From: Candidatus Spongiihabitans sp.
GTDB lineage: Bacteria > Pseudomonadota > Gammaproteobacteria > Arenicellales > Poriferihabitantaceae
Length of the DNA stretch: 64,000 nucleotides
Direction of reading: 5' to 3'
NCBI GenBank assembly: GCA_965261425.1
Contig: OZ253452.1
Span: 1,697,160-1,761,159, forward strand
The notes under the pieces are model-generated. The model was not told where the DNA came from. It saw only the letters and a list, made by a program, of their open reading frames with translations, and did not search any database. Positions 20,851-31,317 of the stretch are shown piece by piece. Positions within the stretch are counted from its first letter, which is position 1; each line of letters begins with the position of its first letter. The position numbers and the translations under genes were made by a program.

Positions 20851-21005
20851 TTTTTCATGGTCTATAAAGCCTCGTTTCCGATTATTTTTTTCATGTTTCA
20901 TAAAATCATCTTATCTATCCTGTCTATCCTGTCTATCCATGTAACACGACTTGGTTTCTGGCGAATGTTGGATGTTTGCACAGTCTCTAAAGAAGGAATG
21001 GAGAG

Positions 21006-21485
21006 ATGACCATTAGCAAGGAAAAAGCGGGTGCTTTGTGCTTCCTGGTCCTCGCCATAGCCTATGGCGTTGGGGCCGGTCAAATTGTCATGATTCCGGG
21101 CGATGAATTAGAGCCTTTTAACGCCCAGACCATGCCCAAAGCCCTTGCTTGGTTAGCCGGCATTGTCTCTTTCCTCATTCTTATTCTTCCACAAAGAGAA
21201 AAAACAGACGATTTTTTAGCTGTATTCAAAGGTCTAAACTGGCCAAAAACCATCCTATTACTCGGCTTGATCGTTTTTTACGGCTTTGCCCTAACAGGGC
21301 TGGGCTTTCTTTTCTCAACTATTTTATTCCTCGTTGGCGGAATCTATTCACTCGGTGAACGGCGCTGGAAAATTATCCTTTTTTCCGCAGTGCCGACAGC
21401 TGTGGGATTCTGGCTAATACTCAATAAGCTTCTGGGCATCTATCTCGACCCCGGTGACATCTTTTCTTTGCTGGGAGCAAACTAA
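21006..21485 (+). CDS. tctB: tripartite tricarboxylate transporter small membrane subunit TctB
   Basis: 159-aa ORF with 4 hydrophobic segments. It lies between tctC and tctA, and its stop overlaps the tctA start. Confidence 0.75.
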   Translation: MTISKEKAGALCFLVLAIAYGVGAGQIVMIPGDELEPFNAQTMPKALAWLAGIVSFLILILPQREKTDDFLAVFKGLNWPKTILLLGLIVFYGFALTGLGFLFSTILFLVGGIYSLGERRWKIILFSAVPTAVGFWLILNKLLGIYLDPGDIFSLLGAN

Positions 21486-23017
21486 TGCTTGATGGCATTC
21501 TGCAGGGACTAAGCACTGCCGCCGCCCCCCTTAACCTGCTTATGGTTTTTGTGGGCTGTTTTGCCGGTACATTTATAGGCATGCTACCTGGATTAGGACC
21601 TATCTCAGCCATCGCATTGATGATTCCCATCACCTATGGTTTTGATCCATCGACCAGCATGATCTTGATGGCAGGGGTTTATTATGGTGCCATCTTTGGT
21701 GGCTCCACTTCGGCTATTCTTATCAATGCACCGGGCGTTGCCGGCACTGTTGCCACAGCATTTGATGGCTACCCGTTGGCTAAGCAAGGTCACGCGGGTA
21801 AGGCATTGGCGATTGCCGCCTACAGTTCTTTTAGTGGCGGTACGATTGCAGCGATTTTCTTGTTGTTCGCCGCTCCAGCCCTTGCATCCGTCTCCCTCAG
21901 TTTTCAATCGGCGGATTATTTCGCCCTGATGGTTCTAGGCTTAACGGCTGTTTCCGCCTTTGCCGGCAAAGGAAACTTCTTGATTGCCGTTCTAATGACG
22001 CTTTTTGGACTAATGCTTTCCACCATCGGGACGGATCAAACAGCCGGTTTACAGCGATTTACATTTGGCTCAATCGATCTCATTGACGGCATCAGCTTCC
22101 TCCTTCTTGCCATGGCCACCTTTGCGCTTTCAGAAGCATTGATGGTGGTATTGAAACCGGAAAAAGTGTCCGAAGAAGCCGAAAAAGCCACTAAGGGCGA
22201 TATTGGCTCCATGAAAATATCCAAAGAAGAAGTCAAGTACCTCGCGCCTGCCGTGGCACGCAGCTCTCTCCTAGGATTTTTTATCGGTGTTCTGCCTGGG
22301 GCGGGTGCAACGATCGCCTCTTTCCTCGCCTATGGCATGGAACGCAGTTTTGCCAGCGCTAAGGAAAAGCTTAAATTTGGCAACGGGAGCATCCGTGGAC
22401 TGGCGGCACCAGAAACAGCAAACAATGCGGCTTGCTCGGGTTCTTTCGTGCCACTACTGACACTCGGCATTCCTGGTTCAGGAACAACAGCTATAATGCT
22501 GGGCGCGCTTATTTCTTATGGAGTCCAGCCAGGTCCAAGACTGTTTATCGAACAACCTGCCGTTTTCTGGTCTGTGATTATTTCCATGTATATTGGGAAT
22601 ATCATTCTATTGGTTCTCAACCTGCCCCTCATTCCCTACATCGCCCGGCTTCTTGCTTTACCCAAACAAATCCTGACACCCTTGATTATTTTCTTCTCCC
22701 TTATTGGCGTCTATTTGGTTTCCTTCAACACATTTGATATCCATATCATGGTGATTGTCGCGGTAATCGCCATATTCTTCCGGCTGATTAACTTCCCTCT
22801 GGCACCGATGCTGCTCGGCTTCATATTGGGTGGCATGATGGAAGATAATCTTCGTCGCGCACTTGCCATTAGTGACGGGGAACTCTCTTTCCTTTGGGAG
22901 CGACCAATCACAGCAACCATCCTTGCGATCACTGTTGTTATTCTCCTTACCCCGCTCATCAAAAACATCCTTGATGCGCGGAGAAACAAAGCAGTGAATT
23001 TCAATGGTGAAGGATAA
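21485..23017 (+). CDS. tctA: tripartite tricarboxylate transporter large permease TctA
   Basis: 510-aa polytopic ORF with typical TctA stretches GMLPGLGP and GVLPGAGATIASFLAY. Confidence 0.9.
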   Translation: MLDGILQGLSTAAAPLNLLMVFVGCFAGTFIGMLPGLGPISAIALMIPITYGFDPSTSMILMAGVYYGAIFGGSTSAILINAPGVAGTVATAFDGYPLAKQGHAGKALAIAAYSSFSGGTIAAIFLLFAAPALASVSLSFQSADYFALMVLGLTAVSAFAGKGNFLIAVLMTLFGLMLSTIGTDQTAGLQRFTFGSIDLIDGISFLLLAMATFALSEALMVVLKPEKVSEEAEKATKGDIGSMKISKEEVKYLAPAVARSSLLGFFIGVLPGAGATIASFLAYGMERSFASAKEKLKFGNGSIRGLAAPETANNAACSGSFVPLLTLGIPGSGTTAIMLGALISYGVQPGPRLFIEQPAVFWSVIISMYIGNIILLVLNLPLIPYIARLLALPKQILTPLIIFFSLIGVYLVSFNTFDIHIMVIVAVIAIFFRLINFPLAPMLLGFILGGMMEDNLRRALAISDGELSFLWERPITATILAITVVILLTPLIKNILDARRNKAVNFNGEG

Positions 23018-23129
23018 GACGGGTCATTAAATGGTGCGACCGCAAAGTTTTTACTAACTCTGATCGCAGCCGTGCTCTATCTGGGGCTCATTCCAAGACT
23101 CATTACCAGTGTCAATAAGTGATTTCCCC

Positions 23130-24014
23130 TGTCAACCCAAAGCAGTAATGTCCCCTTTTTATATTCATTATGGTGCAGTATTGGTTGAATAACGGGTTAA
23201 TGGTCTCCGCCATGGATGATCTGGTGCGGGTTTCCAAGTGGATTTTTGTTGTCGGTGAAGTGCTTGGCTCAACGTGGTTATGAACGGTCTTGCCATCGGC
23301 AATCACAACGGCGGCCTTTCCCTTTTGGAGCGTTCGATAAGTCAATGCCTTGCCTTTGTGTAGCAATGTAACCAAACCCGTAGCACCGTCCTCGCAGAGC
23401 GTGATGGTCGCTCCTCATCAGACGATAGCCCTTGCCGTTACCCGCAGGGCACAAGAGCCAGTCAGCTGATATTCGGTGTTACAAAATGATAAGGTTAAAT
23501 TCTTAGACAGTTTACGCTGATGGTGCCGACAGAGGATCAGTTTAAGCTCCTCGACGCTGTGCAATAGCGCACGATGTGCATTGTCGGGTGTGTTGCGCGG
23601 TAACGGCACTTGTGCCCTGCGGGTCGGCTTTGGTGGATGGCAGCTCTTTTACGCTGTTTCCCCAACCACAACCCATCTTTAATCATCCATTTACGCAAGG
23701 TCTCCACCGAGAAATGGCACTCATGCAGTTCGGTGAGCTTCTCGTACGCGAAAGTCGGCCCAAAGTCACCACAGTCTCGATAAGCGCGGGTTAAGCGTTT
23801 TACCTGCCGGAGACCTAAGTGTAGTTGCCGCGCCGCCTGTGCTGGTCTCGCCGGCACCCGATAATGGAATGAATAACCGATACTCGGTCAAGTTCTGCCC
23901 AGCTCATCTGCATGGCTCAATGTAATTATCTCCTCTGTCATAACCCTCGCTCGGTGAGCCCGCCGCACCGCTCCTGAAGAAGTCAAAAGGGGACATTACT
24001 GCTTTGGGCTAACA
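23130..24014 (-). mobile_element. ISNCY-family-like element, copy B: 885-bp internal-deletion derivative that keeps both termini
   Basis: Termini are TGTCAACCCAAAGCAGTAATGTCCCC (23130-) and GGGGACATTACTGCTTTGGGCTAACA (-24014). ORF 23537-23857 joins the N-terminal HTH part (LGLRQVKRLTRAYR...IHQSRP) directly to the C-terminal part. The catalytic core seen in copy A is missing. Confidence 0.75.
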
Positions 24015-24080
24015 TACTTGACCAGTGACAGTTCATCAGATAGCATGTTGGGTCTGATTCATTAACAGTGGGGAAATATT

Positions 24081-25085
24081 ATGAAACATTTTTTAGTTCG
24101 TATCGTCATGGTCGTTATTGCGATTGCCTTTGCAGGCGAAGCCATCGCTGTGGAATGGGATGTCTCGCTGTGGGGCAAACGGCGGGCATTTACCGAGCAT
24201 GTGGAGAAGTTGGCAGAATTGGTTGCCAAAAAAACCAACGGCGAATTTATCCTCAATCTGTCTTATGGTGGACTGTCCAAGAACAAGGAAAATTTAGATG
24301 GAATCTCGATTGGCGCGTTTGAAATGGCACAGTTCTGTGCTGGCTATCACCGCGATAAAAACCCGTCTATCACCGTGCTGGAGTTGCCTTTCCTCGGCGT
24401 GTCCTCGTTGCAACAGGAACGCCACATTAGTCAGATTGTTTACCAGCACCCGGCGGCTCAAGCTGACCTTGCGCGCTGGAATGCCACTTTGCTGATGCCC
24501 TCCCCGCTACCACAATACAACCTTATCGGTGTCGGCGATGCGCCATTGACGCTGGCGGATTACAAGGGCTTGTCGGTACGCGCTATCGGCGGGGTTGGCA
24601 AAGCCATGGCAACAGTCGGTGCGGTTCCGACTTCGATGACTGCTTCTGAGGTTCGCCAAGCACTCGACAGTGGCGTGGTCAAAGCGGTCGCTTTTGCGCC
24701 CCATGCACACATGTCGTTTGGTACCGTTGAAACTGGTGAATGGTGGACCACCAATTTGAATCCGGGTACGGTGAATTGCCCGGTTGTGGCTAACACGGAC
24801 GCGCTGAACGAGTTGTCCGATACGCACCGCGAGGCATTGCTGGGGTCAATTGACGACGCGCTGGATTATTATATTGTCACTTACAACGGCAAGACGATGG
24901 CGGCATGGGGTCCGGTGCTGGCAGAAAAAGGCATCAAGTCAATCACCTATGATGATGCCGAACTAACGGTTCTTCGAGAAGCGGTTGCACAGCCTGCTGC
25001 TCAGGCATGGATTGAAGCGAACACTGCCAGAGGGCTGCCGGCACAGGAGTTGTATGATCTGGTGACCGCACTAATCGCGCAATAA
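24081..25085 (+). CDS. TRAP transporter substrate-binding protein (DctP family)
   Basis: 334-aa ORF with a signal peptide, followed by small and large TRAP permease genes. Confidence 0.82.
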   Translation: MKHFLVRIVMVVIAIAFAGEAIAVEWDVSLWGKRRAFTEHVEKLAELVAKKTNGEFILNLSYGGLSKNKENLDGISIGAFEMAQFCAGYHRDKNPSITVLELPFLGVSSLQQERHISQIVYQHPAAQADLARWNATLLMPSPLPQYNLIGVGDAPLTLADYKGLSVRAIGGVGKAMATVGAVPTSMTASEVRQALDSGVVKAVAFAPHAHMSFGTVETGEWWTTNLNPGTVNCPVVANTDALNELSDTHREALLGSIDDALDYYIVTYNGKTMAAWGPVLAEKGIKSITYDDAELTVLREAVAQPAAQAWIEANTARGLPAQELYDLVTALIAQ

Positions 25086-25170
25086 ACCGCTCACAAAAAA
25101 TTCTAATGAATAGATGTCCGCAATGTTTTAACCTCGCTGGACACATAAGGTAGGGTTATTAGGAGAGCAA

Positions 25171-25806
25171 ATGGCCGGCATATCATCGGTTTTGCAGGAT
25201 AATTCCACCCTGAGCCGGTTGGACCGGTTGTTGTACAATCTGGAAAACAAGCTCGCTTTGCTGTCCGGGCTGGCGGTGTTTTCGCTGATGCTTTTGGCGG
25301 TGTGCAATGTCAGCGGGCGCGATTTTTTCAACACTCCTTTGCCCGGTTATATCGACTGGATCGAGCAGATGATGCCCTTGATTGCCTTCATGGGAGTCGC
25401 CTATGTGCAACGTAATGGTGCCCATATTCGTATGGATATGCTGGTCGGGTCACTGAAAGGTCGCGCTCTGTGGATGGCAGAAATCATCACCGTATTTCTG
25501 ATGTTGGTGTTGTTGGTGTTGCTGGTTTGGGGTACTTATTCGCATTTCCTGCGTAGCTTTGATTTTGCCATGCCCAGTTGGAGCGCGGACAGCTCCATAG
25601 ATATAAACCTACCACTCTGGCCAGCAAAATTACTGGTGCCGATTGCGCTTAGTGTGCTTTGCCTGCGCCTACTATTGCAACTGGTTGCTTATGGTCGGGC
25701 ATTTATTTTCAATCTCGAGTCCCCAGTCGGTGTGCCGATGGTACAAACTGTCGCAGAGAAAGCCGCAGCCGAAGTGGAGCATGTCTCACAAATGGAACAC
25801 TATTGA
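25171..25806 (+). CDS. TRAP transporter small permease (DctQ family)
   Basis: 211-aa ORF with 4 hydrophobic segments. Its stop overlaps the ATG of the large permease (TGATG). Confidence 0.8.
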   Translation: MAGISSVLQDNSTLSRLDRLLYNLENKLALLSGLAVFSLMLLAVCNVSGRDFFNTPLPGYIDWIEQMMPLIAFMGVAYVQRNGAHIRMDMLVGSLKGRALWMAEIITVFLMLVLLVLLVWGTYSHFLRSFDFAMPSWSADSSIDINLPLWPAKLLVPIALSVLCLRLLLQLVAYGRAFIFNLESPVGVPMVQTVAEKAAAEVEHVSQMEHY

Positions 25807-27206
25807 TGGAGCCGATTGATATTGGGCTGATTGTTTCCGGCGGAATGCTGGTCTCTGTCTTGCTCGGTATGCGAGTCGCCTTTGCCACTGGTCTGGCTGG
25901 CTTAATCGGATTGATTTGGATATTTTGGGCGAAATTTGGTTATGAGCCGGATCGTTTCATCAAAGCCCTGACCATTGCGACCAAACAAATCGGGCAGGTT
26001 CCGCATTCAAAAGTGTCCAGTCAGGTGTTGTCGCTGATTCCGATCTTTATTCTGATTGGCTATCTTGCCTATTATGCCGGCATGACCAAAGCCCTGTTTG
26101 AGGCAGCAAAGCGTTGGTTCGCATGGTTGCCCGGCGGACTGGCAGTATCGACTGTGTTTGCGACTGCTGGATTTGCTGCCGTGTCGGGCGCATCGGTCGC
26201 GACTGCTGCCGTATTCGCACGAATTGCCATCCCCGAAATGCTCGCGATTGGTTATGACAAACGCTTTGCCGCCGGAGTGGTGGCAGCGGCAGGCACCCTT
26301 GCCAGCCTGATTCCACCGTCTGCCATATTGGTCATCTACGCCATCATTGTCGAACAGGATGTGGGCAAACTGCTACTGGCAGGATTCATCCCCGGGATCT
26401 TTTCGGCAATCATCTATGCCACCCTGATTGTCGGCATGGCATTGAAATTCAAAAATTTCGGCCCACCAGTGAGTGGCTTTAGCTGGAAAGAACGCTTAAT
26501 CTGTTTGCCTCCCGCCCTGCCGATTGTCGCCGTCGTGGTTATCATCATCTTCTTCGTCTATAACCCATTTGGCGGCGATGCTTGGGGCACGCCTACTGAA
26601 GGCGGTGCCATCGGCGCGTTTATCGTGTTTTGCGTCGCCGTTTATCGTGGTATGCGTTGGCAGCAATTGAAAGACGCGCTACTGGAAACTGCCAAGCTGA
26701 GCGTGATGATCTTTACCATCATCTGGGGGGTGCTAATCTATGTTCGCTTTCTCGGCTTCGCCCATTTGCCGCAAGCGTTTTCCGACTGGATTACCGGACT
26801 GGAACAAAGCCCAATGTTGACCCTGGTTTTGATTCTGCTCGCTTATGCAGTGCTGGGTATGTTTATGGACGCTATCGGCATGTTGCTATTGACCTTGCCG
26901 GTGGTGTATCCAGCGGTTATGGCGTTAAACGGCGGTGAATATGTCTCGGCTGCCGACAGCACTTTTGGAATGTCCGGACCCTATTGTGCGATCTGGTTCG
27001 GAATATTGGTGGTAAAAATGGCAGAACTCTGTTTGATTACACCACCGATTGGTTTGAACTGCTTTGTGGTTGCCGGAGTACGGAAAGATCTGACCGTGCA
27101 AGATGTGTTCACAGGAGTCATGCCGTTTTTCATTGCTGATGCCATGACCATCGCGCTTTTGGTTGCGATGCCGATGATTGTGCTGTGGCTACCGGCACAA
27201 GTTTAA
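25806..27206 (+). CDS. TRAP transporter large permease (DctM family)
   Basis: The start is taken at MEPIDIGLIVSGGMLVSVLLGMRVAF inside ORF 25659-27206. This gives about 466 aa of polytopic protein. Confidence 0.9.
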   Translation: MEPIDIGLIVSGGMLVSVLLGMRVAFATGLAGLIGLIWIFWAKFGYEPDRFIKALTIATKQIGQVPHSKVSSQVLSLIPIFILIGYLAYYAGMTKALFEAAKRWFAWLPGGLAVSTVFATAGFAAVSGASVATAAVFARIAIPEMLAIGYDKRFAAGVVAAAGTLASLIPPSAILVIYAIIVEQDVGKLLLAGFIPGIFSAIIYATLIVGMALKFKNFGPPVSGFSWKERLICLPPALPIVAVVVIIIFFVYNPFGGDAWGTPTEGGAIGAFIVFCVAVYRGMRWQQLKDALLETAKLSVMIFTIIWGVLIYVRFLGFAHLPQAFSDWITGLEQSPMLTLVLILLAYAVLGMFMDAIGMLLLTLPVVYPAVMALNGGEYVSAADSTFGMSGPYCAIWFGILVVKMAELCLITPPIGLNCFVVAGVRKDLTVQDVFTGVMPFFIADAMTIALLVAMPMIVLWLPAQV

Positions 27207-27441
27207 CCGCTGAGCTGGATTCTATCGCGTTACATGTGGAAAACCCCCTCAATCCCCTTGACAGGGGGGCCGCACAAAGCACTGACCAAAAAAGTAAAAA
27301 TAACTTGATTTTTAAGACTGTATCTGTGCCCTTTGTGGTTGGTGTCAAAATCTTTTAGAAAATCTTGTTTATCCATGTAAATACTATACTCAAGCCTGCT
27401 TATAAAAACGCGCCGTTCAAAACAATCCAAAAATATTAACC

Positions 27442-27881
27442 ATGACGCTATCAGCACATCGCGGTGAGATATTGCATTGTCTGGATGACCCGGGCAACTT
27501 TGAGGGGTCTGACCAACATAACCAATATGGTGGACAGGCATGGCAATACTTTGCAGATGGTTTGCTCATCATTGAGGATGGGCGTGTTGCTGATTGTGGT
27601 GTGGCGCGGAGTTCTTTTAGGTGGGTTGTCGGATGCGACAGAAATTTACCCGCATGATGGATGCTGCAACGGCACTTGATTTGCAGGATGATATTGGCAA
27701 TTTTGAAAAGGGCAAGGAAGCCGATTTTATTGTTTTGGATTATCATGCCACGCCGTTAATTGATTTTAGGATAGCGCGGTGCAAGAATTTGTTGGAGAAA
27801 TTATTCGTCATGCAGATGCTGGGCGATGACCGAGCGATTAAGGAGGTCTGGATCATGGGGAAGAAGCAATTTCCCAGATAA
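27442..27881 (+). pseudogene. guaD: guanine deaminase remnant (N- and C-terminal pieces only; catalytic core deleted)
   Basis: The N-terminal piece is HRGEILHCLDDPGNF...WQYFADGLLIIEDGRVADCG. The C-terminal piece is DIGNFEKGKEADFIVLDYHATPLI...LFVMQMLGDDRAIKEVWIMGK. The two are only about 60 nt apart and in different frames. The roughly 300-aa amidohydrolase core is absent. Confidence 0.62.
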
Positions 27882-28133
27882 TTGCCTGTGTAGTGTCTCA
27901 GGAAAATCCCCTAAATCCTCCTTGTCAGGGGGACCTGCTTGATTTACAAACCCGCAAGGGTTTTCAATATGCAATTCGAGTATTATCAAAACCTCACGAA
28001 GATAACCCGTTTGTCTCATAGCACTGAAATCGGACAAAGGTTTTATCAAACATCTAATTTTCGGTATCATGGGCGCAAGGTTCAAATCAATAGCCGGTTC
28101 ATTAAATCGGTGTTTTCGCCAAATTATTCAGAT

Positions 28134-30035
28134 ATGCCCATAAGTCAATACATTACCACGTTGCTCAGTTCATCGCGTCAAACCAAGATCGCGATTATGC
28201 TGGCGTTTGATGTCGCGCTGATTTTGATGTCGCTTTGGTTGTCGTTCTTTCTCAGGTTGGACACATTCGACTTGCCTGATCTCCGAATAGTTTTTATCAA
28301 TCTCACCGCTCCGCTGATTGCGATTCCTCTGTTTGCGGGCAACGGTCTTTATCGAGCCGTCATTCGTTATATGGCACCGGATGTTGTTTGGGCAGTGCTT
28401 CGTGCGGTGACCGGTTACAGTTTAATTTGGGCATTGGTGGTATTGCTTTCCGGCGTACCCGGGGTGCCACGGTCGGTGATTTTAATCAATTGGGTAATTT
28501 GTTTAATACTCGTTGGTGGGTCACGATTTTTTGCCCAATGGTTTATTCATGTTTTCCTGACCAATGCGTTCGGCAAGCGCGATCACGCCGATATTCGGAA
28601 CGTGTTCATCTATGGGGCTGGCGAAGCGGGCATCCAATTGGTTGCCGTATTGGCATCTGACCGCCGTGCCAAAGTGGTTGGATTCCTCGATGATGCGCCA
28701 TTGTTGCATAAGCAGTCGATTAAAGGCTTAAAAGTATATCCGCCTGACAATCTCCGTGCGTTGATAAGCGACCACAAGGTTACCGAAATTCTGCTGGCAA
28801 TGCCGTCGGTTTCTCGGAGTAGAAAGCGTGAAATTCTGTCGCTGTTAGAGCCCTTACCAGTGCAGATTCGAACCTTGCCCGATACTACCGCTATCACATC
28901 GGGAAAAATCAAGGTACAGGATATTCAAGAAGTCGGTATCGCGGATTTACTTGGTCGGGAAACGGTGTCTCCCGACCAAAGGCTATTGCGAAAAAACATC
29001 GATGGCAAAGTAGTGATGGTTACCGGTGCGGGCGGGTCAATTGGTGCCGAGTTATGCCGACAGATTGCCTTGTTGAAACCGAAAAAACTGCTACTTTATG
29101 AGCAAAGTGAGTTCAACTTATATCGCATGGAACGCGAGTTAAGCCAAGGTAACATCGATTTTGTTGCCGTACTCGGCTCGGTGCATGACCAGCCATACAT
29201 GCTTGAGCAGTGCAAAAAATTTGCTATCAATACTATATATATTTCATGCGGCAGCGTATAAACATGTTCCCTTGGTGGAAGCGAATCCAAAAATGGGGGT
29301 GCAGAATAATATCATCGGCACTTATGCGGCGGCGATGGCAGCGATAAAAGCAGAAGTGACGTGTTTCGTTATGATTTCGACCGATAAGGCAGTGCGCCCC
29401 ACCAACATTATGGGCGCGAGTAAACGGTTTGCTGAGCAGATACTGCAATCAATGGGAGCCGATGCCGTCGCGCGCAAACAAAATTCATCATTGTGCGTTT
29501 TGGGAATGTCATCGAGTCTTCGGGTTCGGTCATTCCCTTGTTTAGAGAACAGATAAAAGCAGGCGGACCAGTAACGGTAACTCATCCGCAGGTAACACGA
29601 TATTTTATGACCATTCCTGAAGCCTCGCAATTGGTTTTGCAAGCCGGCGCAATGGGCAAGGGCGGTGAGGTGTTTGTGCTTGATATGGGAAGTCCGGTAA
29701 AAATTTATGACCTCGCAATAAAAATGATCAAATTGAGCGGCTTGACAGTCAATGATGCCGATAACCCGAATGGCGATATAGTGATAAAAGTGTCTGGACT
29801 CAGAGCGGGGGAAAAGTTGTATGAAGAATTATTGATTGGAGAGCATGTTTCAACAACCGCGCATAATCAAATTATGATGGCGAGTGAAAATTTTTTATCG
29901 TGGGCGCAGATGCGGCAAAAAATAGATCAATTGCAAACTGCCACTGTAACAGGCGGTGACCTTGAAATTCGACAAATCCTTGCCAGCGTGGTTGAGGGCT
30001 ATGCGCCACAACACCCTGAATCAAATCTGGATTAA
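28134..30035 (+). pseudogene. polysaccharide biosynthesis protein CapD/WbpM/PglF-like (membrane-anchored NDP-sugar 4,6-dehydratase) with two frameshifts
   Basis: N-terminal membrane segments, VMVTGAGGSIGAEL (Rossmann fold), [30 protein letters not shown] and [16 protein letters not shown] lie in three successive frames (ORFs 27939-29261, 29161-29556, 29493-30035). The breaks are at a TA-repeat near 29233-29241 and an A-rich stretch near 29465-29480. Confidence 0.8.
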
Positions 30036-30077
30036 ACCAGCTCGGATTAAACCAGAATGAACCGACTATTGATTTTG

Positions 30078-30989
30078 TTAATCAGCAGGCTTCTCGTTGC
30101 CGAAGACTTCAAACAATCCCGCCGTTAAAATCAGCATCACACCGAGCCATTCCAATGCCTTTAATTGTTCATCCAACAATATTGACGCGCTTACCACGGC
30201 GACCAGCACCTCGGTCATCATCAGGATACCAACACGTCCCGGATACAGCCGGCTTGATGCCCAGAAAATGGCATACAAGCTGGGCAACAAACACAAACAA
30301 CTGTATAGCCACATCATCGGCATCGTTGCGACCCAGATCGACCACTTCGGAATGTCGCCGAGCTCAGGTAGTAGCAAGCAACCGGCAAGCGCAACCATAA
30401 AACTGAATAAATGCTGGGATGTGACTACTCCGGTGGTATTGATGTACGGATTTTTCTTGAGATAAACCGTGCCGATGCCCCAAAATACGCCCGATGCCAA
30501 GGCGAAATAATCACCCATGTTGATCGGGGTGGTCAGTTCAGAGACCCCACCGAGAATAAAGTACAACCCAACCAAGCCCACTAAAATTGCCATCCAGCGA
30601 TTCCATCTGACCTGTTCCTGCAACAGCACAATACTAAACAGCGTTGCCCAAATTGGGGTGAGATAGTACAACAGAGTCGCCCGCACCACGGTTGAATAAA
30701 TCAGCCCCAAAGCGTAAAAAGCGAGTGCGACTCCAGTGCAAAAACCTACTATTGCGATGCTTTTGATTGAGGGTTGAATGTGTCGCCAAAACCAACAAAA
30801 TAACGATATCAGAACAGACAACGGCAACAAACTAGCAAGCACCACCGCCCATGCGCCCGACATGCCCATTTGATCGGCAAAACGCAATGGAATCCAATAT
30901 ATCCCCCAAATTGCAGAGCCGACGGTCACCGCCAATATCGGCGACAATGGGGAGCGAGTGGTATTCAAAATTTTAATATCGCTCAACAT
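30078..30989 (-). CDS. EamA/DMT-family transporter
   Basis: 303-aa ORF with 10 hydrophobic segments and a duplicated EamA-like architecture. Confidence 0.82.
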   Translation of the reverse strand: MLSDIKILNTTRSPLSPILAVTVGSAIWGIYWIPLRFADQMGMSGAWAVVLASLLPLSVLISLFCWFWRHIQPSIKSIAIVGFCTGVALAFYALGLIYSTVVRATLLYYLTPIWATLFSIVLLQEQVRWNRWMAILVGLVGLYFILGGVSELTTPINMGDYFALASGVFWGIGTVYLKKNPYINTTGVVTSQHLFSFMVALAGCLLLPELGDIPKWSIWVATMPMMWLYSCLCLLPSLYAIFWASSRLYPGRVGILMMTEVLVAVVSASILLDEQLKALEWLGVMLILTAGLFEVFGNEKPAD

Positions 30990-31008
30990 GTTGTTAAATC
31001 AATATGTT

Positions 31009-31251
31009 GAGATCTTTGCATAATTGTCGGAAGTGCGACAAGACTGTACAGAAATATCGGTCGCGTTATATATGGAAAACCCTTGCGTATTTTACTGGAT
31101 TCCTGCTCCCCGCCTGCGCGGGGACGGTTTCGCAGGAAAGACGGATGTTGGTTTTTTGCACAGTCTCCTACGCGGGAACGACGAAATATTGATTTTTACA
31201 CGACCCATAAAGCCCCAACTCCAATCATTTTTTGAATTATGCAAAGGTCTC
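31009..31251. mobile_element. 243-bp MITE-like unit: inverted R2 termini enclosing R1 copy e
   Basis: The left end is GAGATCTTTGCATAATT (31009-31025). The right end is AATTATGCAAAGGTCTC (31235-31251). Together they form a near-perfect 17-bp terminal inverted repeat. The interior (31072-31185) carries the R1 modules GGAAAACCCTTGCG..TTTTACTGGATTCCTGCTCCCCGCCTGCGCGGGGAC..TTTCGCAGGAAAGACGGATGTTGGTTTTTTGCACAG. Confidence 0.55.
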
Positions 31252-31252
31252 A

Positions 31253-31317
31253 TATAAATGACCGATTGAGACCACTTTTGGTACCGAGGACAAAAGAACT
31301 ATCGTGCAATGGTCTCA
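31253..31317. repeat. R3 short repeat, second copy
   Basis: TATAAATGACCGATTGAGACCACTTTTGGTACCGAGGACAAAAGAACTATCGTGCAATGGTCTCA, compared with 11709-11777. Confidence 0.55.

Noticed and set aside
11720-31317. GGTCTC/GAGACC (a type IIS restriction recognition sequence) recurring in the R2 and R3 repeats
   Set aside because: The hexamer is simply part of the repeat consensus. I see no evidence linking it to a restriction system or to engineering.
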